From: Octopus vulgaris
Lineage: Eukaryota
Reading direction: 5' to 3'
Length of the DNA: 64,000 nucleotides
Assembly (NCBI GenBank): GCA_951406725.2
Contig: OX597826.1
Location: forward strand, 23,684,001 to 23,748,000
A program made the translations under genes and the position numbers. The notes under the pieces were generated by a model. That model saw only the letters and a list, made by a program, of their open reading frames with translations, ran no database searches and was not told the origin of the DNA. This document shows positions 24,905-37,526 of this stretch, piece after piece (the first letter of the stretch is position 1; each line of letters begins with the position of its first letter).

Positions 24905-25970
24905 AGCTATCTCATAGGAACTCCCAGTTGTCCTTTGTTATATGTCTCTATCTCTTCACCTTATTAAATGCTTCAATTAAGATGTCTCTAAATCTCTGAC
25001 TATTCAAAGAATCCTTAAGCTTCTAAATCTTACTTTTCCAGACTGGTTTGCTTCTTGGAGTCCTTCTAGCCTGGAGTTTAGACTAAACTATGTTGAGGAG
25101 TACATTCTTCATTGGGGGAGTTTTTTTTTGCATCTATGAGCAACTGTCTATCCTGCTTTCTGTTGAGAACATAGTTTAGTTTGTGTGACCACTAAGATTG
25201 ATAGGTTATCAGGTGACTGTCTGGTTTCCTTAAGTTAGTGTTGTAGATCATTAGGTCATTTGTGTCACAAAACCCCAATAGCATTGTTCCCTGCTCATTT
25301 CAAGAAACAACTCCATAGCCTCCACGCATACCTTGGAAGCCAACAGGATGCTGCCCAAAATGCCCATCAAAGTCACCAACCATGAACATAAGGTCACTGT
25401 CAATAGTAGTCAAGGTTTTGGAAAAGATTTTCATAAAATTGATTCTTTTGTTCATTTGGTAGTTGAGAAGTGTAAACTGAAATAATAGTTTCTGTTCTAA
25501 GCATAATATCTTATTGCATACTCTGACTACTTTGATTACCTTATCCACCCATTTCTTAGCTAAAAGTATGCCCACACTCTGTACCTCCTCATTACTTCCT
25601 TCCTAGAAGATTTTATGCAGTATTCTTTGCTTGTGAAGAACCTGGTTGAGGCTTTCCTCCACTTTACTTTCTGAATGCAACACACATCTATATGCCTCTG
25701 TTCTTGGATCTCTACAATTTCACCAGACCTACTTTTCAATGTGCCAACATTGACTGTGCTAATTCTAAGGGGTGATGAGTGAACAGGGAGATAAAGAGCA
25801 ACATTCAACACCTGAAAAGGAGAAAGTTTGCACAGACATTTTCCAGCAGTGGTAGCATACCACCAGTTTGTCCCTGGTGCACTACCACTGCTGGTAAATG
25901 ATAATTTACTATCATTCATTTGCTTCACACTTGCTGCACCTACCAGAGAAAGGGTGTTGCATAAAACCAT
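24905..25970 (-). pseudogene. Degenerate RTE APE-endonuclease (5') fragment
   Basis: LRISTVNVGTLKSRSGEIVE...DVCCIQKVKW and GILLAKKWVDKVIKVVRVC...VGDFDGHFG, homologous to 59112-59906. Confidence 0.88.
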
Positions 25971-26683
25971 TCATCATCATTTAACGGCCAGTTTTCCATA
26001 CTGGCACAGGGTGGATGGTTAGACAGAAGCTGGCAAGTCAGAGGGCTGTGCCACTATGTGTTTTGGTTTCTATGACTGGATGCCCTTCTTAATGCCAACC
26101 ACTTTATGAAGTGTACTGGGTGCTTTGTGGTTCCAGCATGGGAGCTTTTTTATGTGGCATCAACATAGGTGCTCTTTATGTGGCACCAGCATCGGTGCTT
26201 TTACCATGATGCCAGCAAAGGTGCATTTTACGTGTCACCAGCATGGGTGACTTTTTAGTGGCACAAGCATTGTTAATACAAAAAAAATAAGTGTTTAATT
26301 AATTAACTGGAAAGCATCTATAATTCACTTACACTTCCAATGCAAGGGGTGTTACCTATGCCTTTATATTACTGTCAATAGGGTTCTGATGTAGGTGAGG
26401 AGGATTTGGGGACAGAAGAAAGGTCCCTAGTATAGGTGGTAGGGGTGAAAATGGGTGGATGAATCATGAACAAGCGAGCTACATACATTGATGAGGAATA
26501 TATGAATTTATGAGAAAAACATGATCTACAGATTTTCAACAAGTCTACAAATTTCATTGGACAAATATATCTTTATATTTTATCTTTCACTTGTTTCAGT
26601 CATTAGATTGTGACCATACTGGGGCATCGCCTTGACATATTTTTAGTTAAATGAATTGACCCCAGTACTTTTTTTTTTTTTGT

Positions 26684-26785
26684 GCCACTGTGTGGAACTT
26701 TGGGCAAGTGTATTCTACTATAGCCTTGGACCGATCAAAGCCTTGTGAGTGGATTTGGTAGATGGAAACTGAAAGAAGCCCATCG

Positions 26786-26828
<43 letters not shown>

Positions 26829-27030
26829 CTGTGTTTGATCCCCCAACATCGCTTGACAACCGATGCTATTGTGTCTACGTCCCCGTAACTTAGCGGTTCG
26901 GCAAAAGAGATTGATAGAATAAGTACTAGGCTTACAAAGAATAAGTCCTGCGGTCAATTTGCTCGACTAAAGGTGGTGCTCCAGTATGACCACAGTCAAA
27001 TGACTGAAACAAGTAAAAGAGTAAAAGAAT
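26684..27030 (+). mobile_element. SINE family A, 5'-truncated, flanked by opposite-strand A fragments
   Basis: Family A body and tail; minus-strand fragments at ~26580-26670 and ~27127-27285. Confidence 0.88.
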
Positions 27031-28325
27031 ACTTATTCTAGCAGTTGCTTTGGCAAACTGTTTCAATTCAGGGACATAAACACTCCACCACTGGGTACAA
27101 ACACAGGTACAACCCCCACATATATACACGACGGCTATCTTTCAGTTTCTGTCTACTAAATCTACTCCCAAGATTTTGGTTGGCCTGAAGCTAAAGTAGA
27201 GGACACTTGCTCTAGACACCATATAGTGGAACTGAACCCGGAACCATGTGGTTGGGAAGCAAATCTCTTACCACACAGCCACTTCTGTGTATATGTGTGC
27301 ATGAATGTGTGTGTGTATACATGTGCATGCACACATACACACACACTCTCATACACACACTATTACTATAATATTTATATATATATATACTTGTATGCAC
27401 ACTAAAATTCTCTCTATGATTTGCTATATTTCATTGTGGAGAGAAAATCTAACCATATTATTAATGTGAAGTCAATGAACTTCTGAAATAAATGTTTTCA
27501 TCTGACAAGTTCATGGCTACAATGATTGCTGTCTTAGTTTAGATTAGATAATACTTACACAGCTTAGTTAGCTTGTAAGTTAGGTATAATATGCATATAT
27601 ATTTATATTAATAAATGTGTTTGTGGTGACACAATCGAGTATATTTAGTTTTCCTGCAAGATTAGGCCTCATAGTTGGAATATTACATGTACACTATCAA
27701 TGCTGAGTACAAGCGAACTGACAGGAGTCAGCAGCTGTGTTGCAGCATATTTAAATAGCTGCACTAATACCACCACCAGCACTAACGACACCCTCCATCT
27801 GGGCCCACCTTGCATGTTTGTCCCTCTTCACATATTTGTCTCTCCTCCTGTTCTTTTCTGACCTTCCCTTGCAGCATCTTGCATTGCCCACCCAATCCAG
27901 CACAGTTTTTCTTCATTCTCTTTTCCACCCATAGAACCTTTCTAAAACCACCTTCTCATCCCCTATTTTCATGCAGACATTTGATTTACCTATTTTCGTA
28001 CTGAACATTAACCCTTTTGCTTGTCCAAAGCATTTTTCATAAGTGTAATCTAAACATCCCTGCTTGTCTTCAAACTTATAACCATTGGCAGTTTATTTGG
28101 TTTAGTTGGGGTGTAATATGTGATCATAAAATGTATCACATGCAATAAAAACATGTATCATATGTGATCTACAGGGTGCATAATAAATCATTTTTAATGC
28201 AACTGATGCATGTATCATACGATAAACACGTTTTATTTGAGTGAGATAAATTCTGCAACCACATGCAATGTGCTGTATATATATATGTGTGTGTGTGTGT
28301 ACGAGGAGGTACCCAAAAGTGTATG

Positions 28326-29176
28326 TACGAAGGGGTACCTAAAAGCAACCAGAAATGTTCTCTGTTGTAGTTGAGGCTTCTGCCACTAGAAACCACTTGA
28401 CGTGATCCTCGGGCATCAGTGTGCCAACTGGCGTCATACTGCCACATGGTATGTGTTTGTTTTGCAGTGCTTCTCCCTTGTTCATTGATTTTTGTAATGG
28501 CTGAAACAAAGGTACAGCGTGCTTTCATGAAATTCTCTTTTCTTCTGGGGAAAATGTTATATTGCTTCAAACAGCTTACAAGGATACTGTCAGGAGCAAA
28601 ACACAAGTTTATGAGTGGTTTCCACACTTTAGGAGTGGTCACGTGTTGCTTGAAGTCCAACCTTGTTCAGGACAACTCTCAATGCCCTGAAAGAATAAAA
28701 ACATGAAAATTCATGATTTGATCTTGGAAGACCATCACCAAACAATTAACGGACTTGTTTGTATGACTGGTGTGTCCTGGAACTACTGCCAATGAATTTT
28801 GAGTGAGGAATTGTGAACGAAAAGAGTTGCAGTAAAATTTGTGCCTTGCTTGCTCATGGAAGATCAAAAGTAGTCACGATTGAATTCGTGTTGTGAACTC
28901 AAGGAATAGTTGAAAGTTGATCCGGACCTTTTTGTGACAAAAGCTGGTGCTATGGAATTTGCAGATGTGTAAGAGGTGAAGGAAAATACAACGGAGGTGT
29001 TAAAAGGCATCACTTTGCAAGATTTCCAGCACTGTTTTGAATAGTGGAAAACATGCCTGGAATGATGCATTGCGTCAAATGGAGAATACTTTGAAAGCAA
29101 TAAACGTGTAAACATACAAAACTAAAAGAATAAAATAATATCACAAAATTCTGGTCTCTTTTGGGTTCCCCTCATA
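28326..29176 (+). mobile_element. Internally deleted mariner element
   Basis: TA-flanked TIRs TACGAAGGGGTACCTAAAAG...CTTTTGGGTTCCCCTCATA. Decayed peptides QRAFMKFSFLLGK, KTQVYEWF, VAVKFVPCLL and CIASNGEYFE. Confidence 0.85.
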
Positions 29177-29577
29177 TATTGTTGTGGCGAGAGTCATTGA
29201 CACTCCTGGCAGATATTATCTATAAAATATATGTTAGGTTGGCAACTAAGTTCTCACCTTTTTTTAAAATTTATATACACATGTATATAAATTCTCTACT
29301 GGGAATGACCAATTTAAAAAATCTGCTGGATCTCACTCATAAGAGAATCTTACATTACTTCTAAACTTTATATTTGGATGGACTCATTTTAAACTCTGTT
29401 GGACTTTTGGACTTTACTCATACAATATTGGAATATTGCATATATATCATTATGCCTAAAAAATGGATTTACAACTTCAATACCCACACATATCATGCTT
29501 CTATTTTCTTTCCTCCACCTCACTCTCCATTTTGTATCACATCTAAACTAACTATGACTTAACTATCCTCTCACACC

Positions 29578-29629
29578 GTCTCCGATGAAGGGATATAATT
29601 AATAAATATCCTAGAAACAGCTGTAAGGC
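29578..29629 (+). ncRNA. Type I hammerhead-like motif (U4C core) in a Penelope-like pseudo-LTR
   Basis: GTCT-CCGATGA-A-GGGATAT...ATATCCT-A-GAAA-CAGCTG-TA-AGGC. Stem I GTCT/AGGC; stem III palindromic. Confidence 0.65.
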
Positions 29630-29854
29630 CTATTTATAAATGCTCTAATATCTACACAGCCTTGATTTTTTTATCTTATTACGCAAAACATTCTTATATA
29701 CACATGCTGACATAGAACCAACGTTGAACCCTTTATTCGCAATATTACCAAATCTGGAACTTAACTATGGTCTGTCTATAGCACTTATTCAGCATTACCT
29801 GACACCTTTGGGTCTCAATGACACCATTATCTCTTATAACCTCAACTTCTCACT

Positions 29855-30430
29855 ATGTATATATATATAAGAGAATCACTCTACATAAGGAGCAAATCCG
29901 TTTCCCGCAATAGACAAATTCCTCTTAGTGAACACATAGAAAAATGTGCAGGTAACATCAAACCAAATTTCACTGTCTTCCCTTTCTACCAGTGCAAAGA
30001 CGCAATCTCTCAATTAGAATGCTTAAATAAAGAAACTTTTTTCATTGAAAAATACAAAACACATCTTAATATGCACGCATAACCAACTTTTATATTTTCA
30101 TATTTCATTCACGATTACATCACTGTACGTAAATTCCCTACTAAACAAGGTTTTTTTAAAAACCTGTCTCTTTTCTGTACACATATTTAATCCCCACCCA
30201 TTACCGAAACCTGAACAGTTATCTCCCTTACACAACAATAACAATAATAACAACCAATTACCTCCCTTTATTTGTCTACTTGTGAAGTCATTCATTCCTG
30301 AATTTCATCACACACAACATGGACCAAATTTCTTAAGAAAAAATATATATTCAAATAAATTAAACATAATATCATGAATAGCGATAGCGAAACCGGTCGA
30401 TATATTAAAACCATGTAAGTGTGCATATTT
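29855..30430 (+). mobile_element. Penelope-like element 3' fragment (GIY-YIG C-terminus plus pseudo-LTR)
   Basis: ORF 29855-30082 QIPLSEHIEKCAGNIKPNFTVFPFYQ...LNKETFFIEKYKTHLN resembles the C-terminal half of a PLE endonuclease (H..C, E..FI, LN). A hammerhead motif and (TA)n follow. Confidence 0.75.
30369..30403 (+). ncRNA. Minimal type I hammerhead ribozyme with A3-U8 core pair
   Basis: ATATC-ATGAATA-GC GATA GC-GAAA-CCGG-TC-GATAT: 5-bp stem I, 2-bp stem II, palindromic ACCGGT stem III, GUC site. Confidence 0.75.
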
Positions 30431-30445
30431 TCCTTTTTTAATTTC

Positions 30446-30541
30446 TTATATATATATATATACACATATATACATATATATGTATATATATATATACATA
30501 TATATATACATATATATATACATATATACATATATATATAC

Positions 30542-30589
<48 letters not shown>
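30446..30589. repeat. (TA)n/(TATACA)n microsatellite
   Basis: Direct reading. Confidence 0.95.
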
Positions 30590-30591
<2 letters not shown>

Positions 30592-31848
30592 CAGTCAAAA
30601 TGGCTGAAACAAGTAAAAGAGTCAAAGTAAAAGAATGTGCAAACATGGTTGTATGGTAAGGAGCTTGCTCCCCAACCACATGGTTCTGGGTTCCATCCCA
30701 CTGCCATGGGCTGATCAAAGACTTGTGAGTGGACTTGGTAGATGGAAACTGAAAGAAGCCTGTCATACATATGTTTGTGTGTGTGTTTGTCCCCCATCAT
30801 CACTTGACAACTGGTGTTGGTGTGATTACATCCCTGTAGCTTAGCAGTTTGGCAAAAAAATTTTAAAAAAAAACAAACAAAAGATGGAAGATGTACCAGG
30901 TTTAAAAAAGGAAGCAATAAGTACTAGAGCCAATTCATTTGACTAAAAATGATTCAAGGCATTACCCCAGCATGACCTCAGTCTAATGACTGAAAGAAAT
31001 ATAAAAAAAATACATGCACACACACATTTCATATGTTCTGAGTAATACAAAGCTTTCCTGTCATAAGTCCCAAGTTTCTCTGGTGGTTGAAAAAAAATTT
31101 GAGATGTTTGTCCCAGAACTGGGCAAGATGGTGTGAGGGTGGTTACTTTGGCATTGAGGTAGATCTGGCCACCCCCATTAACAGGACAAAATCCGAATTT
31201 AAAACACTTGATGATGATGATGTCTGCTTTTCTCTTTTAGATGAGGCCTCTTCTACACAGTGTCCTAAAGCAACAACACTTGCATTTCTTTGTCATCTTT
31301 ATGGGGTTTGTCATCTTGTGATTAGCTTGCACTGCATCTGTTTATATTTACTTCGGTTCCTCCTCTTCCACTGTTTCCTTCATGTGTCTCCTGAAATTCC
31401 TTTACCAGCATTCATACACATCACATGACTGTATTGTCAATGCAGTTGTCTTTGTGGTGTATGCAATGTCTATTTGGGTGTTGAGTGAAAATCTGCTCAT
31501 CTCCTTGGTAGCAGAAGGTAAGGTAACCATGACAGAAGATGATGACGAATAAAAACAGATGGAAAGATGTGATGTAACATGTGCAATAATACATCAGGAT
31601 CTCAGACATCACACATGAGATGACACAGAGTTGATGAGATGAGAAGTGACATCCAACCCATTTCAGCATTGTGTGTGTGTGTGTGTCTGTATGCATGTAT
31701 ATTCATATGTACTTGCCTACACACATATACATGCATACACACAAACATTTATATATATATATATATATATACATTGGGTCATTCCATAAATAATGTGTTG
31801 TTTTATACTTTTTATTTTTCAAAATTAAGATAAACAAAGTTCTTTTTT

Positions 31849-34454
31849 ATCATCATCATCATCATCATCGTTTAGCGTCCGTTCTCCATGCTAGCATGGG
31901 TTGGACGGTTCTACTGGGGTCTGTGAAGCCAGAAGGCTTCATCAGGCCCAGTCAAATCTTCCTAACGCCAACCACTCCGTGAGTGTAGTGGGTGCTTTTT
32001 ACGTGCCACCCGCACTGGTGCCAGACAGAGCTGGCAAACGGCCACGAACGGATGGTGCTTTTTATGTGCCACCGGCACGAGGATCAGGCGAGGCTGGCAA
32101 CGGACACGAAACGGGGTGGTGCTGGCAACGGTCGCGAAACGGAAGGTTCTCTTACATGCCACCGGCACTGGTAACACATCTGCAATTTCCATTGATCAAT
32201 TTCGATTCTGATCCTCACTTGCCTCAACGGGTCTTCACAAGTAGAGTTTCGACATGCCACCGGCACTGGTAACACATCCGCAATTTTGCATTGATCGATT
32301 TCGATTCTGATCCTCACTTACCTCAACACGTCTTCACAAGTAGAGTTTTGTGTCCCAAGAAGGGAAGGTATGCATACGTAGGCTGGCTCCATCCCATGTA
32401 GAAGGCCACGGGTTATGGACTCACTTGTCCTGCCGGGTCTTCTCGCGCACAGCACACTTCCAGAGGTCTCGGTCTCTAGTCATTTCCTCAGTGAGACCTA
32501 AAGTTCGAAGGTCGTGCTTCACCACCTCGTCCCAGGTTTTCCTGGGTCTACCTCTTCCACAGGTTCCCTCAACCGCTAGGGTGTGGCACTTTTTCACACA
32601 ACTATCTTCATCCATTCTCGCCACATGACCATACCAGCGCAAACGTCTCTCTTGCACACCACAACTGATGCTTCTTAGGTCCAGCTTTTCTCTCAAGGTA
32701 CTTACACTCTGCCGAGTGTGAGTACCGACATTACACATCCATCGGAGCATACTGGCTTCATTTCTTGCGAGCTTACGCATATCCTCAGCAGTCACGGCCC
32801 ATGTTTCACTGCCATGTAGCATGGCTGTTCGTACACACGCATCATACAGTCTGCCTTTCACTCTGTGCGAGAGGCCTTTTGTCACCAGCAGAGGTAAGAG
32901 CTCTCTGAACTTTGCCCAAGCTATTCTTACTCTAGCAGTTACACTTTCAGCACACCCACCCCCGCTGCTGACTTGGTCACCTAGGTAACGGAAACTATCA
33001 ACTATTTCTAGTTTTTCTCCCTGGAAAGTGACGGAAGTTGGTCTCAGAGCATTTTCAGTGTTTATTGTTCCTGAGCATCTGCCACATACAAAAACCATCT
33101 TCCTAGTTAGCCTTCCTTTGACATTGCTGCATCTCTTATGTGTCCATAGCTTACACTTGGTGCATCTTATAGAGTTTCTACCTACACCTTTTCTACAGAT
33201 CGAGCAGGGCCATCTACCTGAAGGCGTTTGTGATTTGTCTACCTTCCTACTGATTACGACTTTGGTTTTAGCTAGATTGACTCTGAGGCCCTTCGATTCT
33301 AATCCTTGTTTCCACACCTGAAACTTCTCCTCCAGTTCTGATAGCGACTCAGCAATTAGAGCAAGGTCATCAGCATAGAGGAGATCCCAAGGGCATCCTG
33401 TCTTGAATTCCTCCGTTATTGCCTGGAGGACTATGATAAATAGGAGGGGGCTGAGTACTGAGCCTTGGTGGACCCCTACCTCTACCCGGAATTCTTCACT
33501 GTACTCATTTCCAACCCTCAGCTGTCTTACCAGGAATATAGCATCAGTAGTACTTTTCCCTGGCACAAACCCAAACTGCATCTCATCTAAACTAACTCTC
33601 TCTCTAATTAGTTGGGCTATGACCCTGTCCGTAACTTTCATCACCTGATCCAATAGCTTGATACCTCTGTAGTTATTTGTATCTAGGGCATCACCTTTAC
33701 CTTTGTAGCAGTTGACTATTATACTGCTACACCAGTCATTGGGTATGACTCCTTTGTGTATCACCTGATTAACTATACGGGTGACTAGGCTATAGCCGAC
33801 ACTACCAGACATTTTGAGCATCTCTGCAGTGATTCCTGATGGGCCTGGGGCTTTTCCTGTCTTCATGCTTCTAATTGCCTTAGCTACCACGGAACTATCA
33901 ACTCGGATAGTTGGTCCCTCTGTTGGGTCAACATTCGGCAGACTCTCTTTATCCCATTCATTTTCTTCATTCAGCAACCTTTCATAGTGGCATCTCCAAA
34001 CCTCTCTCTTTGCATCCTCATTTAGCGCAAGTGAACCATCTTCCATGCGAACACACTTCTCTCCTACCACATCACGATTCTCTCTCACACACTGTCTTGC
34101 AACGCGAAACACCTCCAGTCTTTGGTCCTCACGGCGCAGAACATTGGCAAATTTTTTCTTATCTGCTTCCCCTCTGGCTAAATAAACCTGTCTCCTAGCT
34201 TCTCTTTTGGCAGTCTGATACAATTCCCTGCTACCCCCATTTTTCCAGACCTTCCAAGCCTGTCTCTTTTCTCGAATAGCCCTGTCTACAATATTGTTCC
34301 ACCACCACGTTATTCTAGGTCGAGAGGGGACTTTGCACCAGCCACAGATCTGGTCAGTGGCTCTCAGCAGGTTGTCCCTTAGAAACGTCCAGCTGTCTTC
34401 TACCCCCTGTGATGCTCTATCCCCTTCTACTTCGTCAGAGGCTTCAAGTAATAT
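31849..34454 (-). mobile_element. Young 5'-truncated RTE LINE
   Basis: 600-aa ORF, repeat-rich 3' UTR with a ~98-bp tandem duplication (32154-32348), and (ATG)n tail at 31849. Confidence 0.97.
32421..34223 (-). pseudogene. RTE ORF: RT with PHD-finger insertion; open frame but with an in-frame deletion of RT motif A
   Basis: KAPGPSGI, YRGIKLL, QFGFVPGKSTTDA, GVHQGSVLSPLLF, YADDL, CSIC...CTKC...WTHKRC...CGRC, FRYLG and RGRPRKTW are present. FVDMEKAFD, present in 57305-58354, is missing. Confidence 0.93.
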
Positions 34455-35218
34455 TTAATCTAAATATATTCTCCTTCATTTTCTACAATGCTCTTCCATC
34501 TATTTGTTAGACTTGCAAGGCCCCTCTTTCAAAATGCATTTGTCTGTGACAAAAATACTCCTCCAGTATTGTTCTGACCTTGTCTACAGAATTCATAATT
34601 TTTGAAGACTGCAGAATATATGATAATCAGATGGAGCAATGTTCGGCGAATATGGTGGGTGGAACATCATTTCCCATTCAAACTGCTCCAGCCTTTGGAA
34701 TGTCATCCTCAATGTTTGTGGCTAAGCATTATTCTGATGGAAGAACACCTTTTGTCTTGAAACCAAAGATGGTGGGTTTTTTTCTAGTGGTGACTTAAGC
34801 TGCTCAAGATGCTCACAGTAGATCTCCTTTGCTATCATTTGGTTTGGCTTTTAAAAGTTCAAAGTGGACTAAACCTTTCATCAAACCATGCTCTTCAAAA
34901 CTTGCACTAAGTATACAAGGTAAAATTACTACTTGTTTTTATAGTAAGCTGATGCTGGTAGTTTATCCCGCCCCCTCCTACTTTCAGTTCATACAGTTGA
35001 AAAACCGCATTATTTATGGGATGACCCAATATATATATATATATATACAAATTGAGATAGGGGTTGTAAATGCAACTCTCCATGGGATAACATATATCCA
35101 ATATACTGCTAGTGAAGTACCCAACAAACTTAATACATAAATGTTAAGAATTGCGATGCAATTAATTCATTTACTGTATTATATGGGTAAAGGTAAAATG
35201 TTTTACCACAAATTCATA

Positions 35219-36422
35219 ATACAAAATAAGAAAATGGAGAAATACATCCAAATCAAATATCAATTACCAGATAATACCCAATCACATACTTTATTAAACC
35301 ACCACATAAGAAAATAAGTACAATATGTATAAGAGAATATAAATATAAGTAAATATAAATATAAATATAGACTACATCTTACAGCTGTTTCAGCCATGCA
35401 GATAAGTATGTCTCATTTTACTTATATTAGCCATTTGTGGTAGGTCAATACGTAGTTATAAATGAGACATTTACAAAAATATCCTAAGGCCTCTTCGGAG
35501 AATATGTGATACAAATCAGATTACATACACACTTATATAGGTGTGGGTACATACCCATAATAAAACATATGCATATACATATGAGTGCATATACTCATAC
35601 TCCTATACACATAAATATACATATACATAATAATATAAATCAATAAACATACATATGTTCCACATTCAATGTTACAGTTTTCCAACTTAATATTGTGATA
35701 ATTACAATGTAGAAAAACATACACATATTAATACCCAAATGCAGACATACAGAGTCAAGAGTACATTATATTAATTCTTATTAATTTCCAAAATGTCATT
35801 AATGTTAGCATCGTTATCATTGTCATTACCACTAATGCTACCAATATCATCATTCATATTATTATTAATAACACTAATACTAGAAAAACAATATATAGAT
35901 TCCATTATTAGCAATATAGTCACAATAGTACTACAATACCATGCAAAACGTTAAATATCTGCATATACATACGAAATATGAAACAAAAGCATTCTGTTTA
36001 CACACCATTAAGATCCACAGGTGCACAGATGTATGTCCGAGTTGAAATTTATAATTTCCATTGTGACACAAATACACTATTACTTTCAGAAATAGTTACG
36101 AATCTAGCGCTAAAATATGATTGGCTTGTGGATTTAAATTTAAATTACCATTGTCTTCTTTACGGTTGGTTTGTTGAGAGCGTTACATTTCTACTAAACC
36201 AGCTTAGGCATGGGAGACCTATACCAACAATTATACACACACATACACACGCACATCCGCACATATCTATAAACATTTATATTTATATTTACTTATATTT
36301 ATATTCTCTTATACATATTGTACTTATTTTCTTATGTGGTGGTTTAATAAAGTATGTGATTGGGTATTATCTGGTAATTGATATTTGATTTGGATGTATT
36401 TCTCCATTTTCTTATTTTGTAT
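35219..36422. mobile_element. Penelope-like insertion with ~148-bp inverted terminal segments
   Basis: 35219-35366 is the apparently perfect reverse complement of 36275-36422. The right arm abuts (TA)n and the left arm runs into a hammerhead motif. Confidence 0.75.
35377..35501 (-). ncRNA. Type I hammerhead-like motif with ~100-nt stem II insertion
   Basis: Minus strand: TCT-CCGAAGA-GGCC-[insert containing a TGTCTCATTT/AAATGAGACA hairpin]-GGCT-GAAA-CAGCTG-TA-AGA. Confidence 0.65.
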
Positions 36423-37526
36423 ATATATATATATATACATACACATACACATTTTTACTAATTTCACTCATTAGACTGTGGCCATGCTAGAGCACTGCCT
36501 TGAAGGGTTTAGTCGAACAAATCAACCCTGGTACTTATTCTATCAGCCTCTTTTGCTACACCACTCAGTTAGAGAGCTGTGAACCAACAAACATCAGTTG
36601 TCAAGCAGTGGTGGTGGACAAAAAAAACACACACACACACACACATATATATATGATGGGCTTCTTTCAGTTTCTGTCTACCAAATCCATTCACAAGGTT
36701 TTGGTTGGCCCGAGGCTAGAGTAGAAGACACTTGCCCAAGGTGCCATGCAGTGGGACTGAAGCTGAAGCCATGTGGTTTGGAAGCAAACTTTTTACCACA
36801 CAGCTATGCTTGCATCCATCCATCCATAGCTACAATCATCTGTCTTTATGTTCTGAGTTCAAATTCCCCTGAGGTTGACTTTGCCTTTCATCCTTTCGAG
36901 GTCGATAAATTAAGTATCAGTTGTGTACTGGGGTCGATCTAGTCAACTGGCCCCTCCCCAAAAATGTCAGGCCTTCTGCCTAGAATAGAAAAGGATATAG
37001 ATATACATAGATATACATACCCACAGAAATGGAAAAACATGGACACAAAAATTACGACATTGATAATCATAATCATGACCATTGCACTCTTTTTTATTTC
37101 TTTTTTGGTTTTCCTACCATTTTTCAATGATTTAGTCAGTCATTGGAAGAACGGTAGTTCCAAGGACAGTTAGGGTTCAAATCCCATGGGCAAGTTTTGA
37201 CATTTTTCCATCCAAGGTGGCTTTTATTTTAAAACTCAGTATTTACTCACTATTATTTATAGTTCTATCTATTTCAAGTTCCACTGCTGAAAACGATTTA
37301 TTATTTGTTGAATTTTCTAAACTTTTATGATGTAAATAATTAAATAAGAATGGAATTACACCAGACCATTAAACCCCATCTTAAGTGATGGGAAATATTT
37401 ACAATGTTTACGTCTATGTGGAATCTCAATCTGTTTGGTCTCCATCTGTCATCGGGTGTCCTATTCCTAGATGTGTGCTTGCCATAATACAACTACTATG
37501 ACTGCTGCTACTACAGGCGTATCGAT

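Larger units (their letters stand above)
31773..35030 (-). mobile_element. Mariner element split by an RTE insertion
   Basis: TIRs ATTGGGTCATTCCATAAATAATG (31773) and CATTATTTATGGGATGACCCAAT (35030), with TA runs outside. Minus-strand remnant KGLVHFELLK...EIYCEHLEQLK...VFFHQNNA at ~34455-34900. Confidence 0.85.

Noticed and set aside
33500-33540. RT deletion as a spliced-out intron
   Set aside because: The deleted segment has no GT...AG boundaries in any register allowed by the microhomology.
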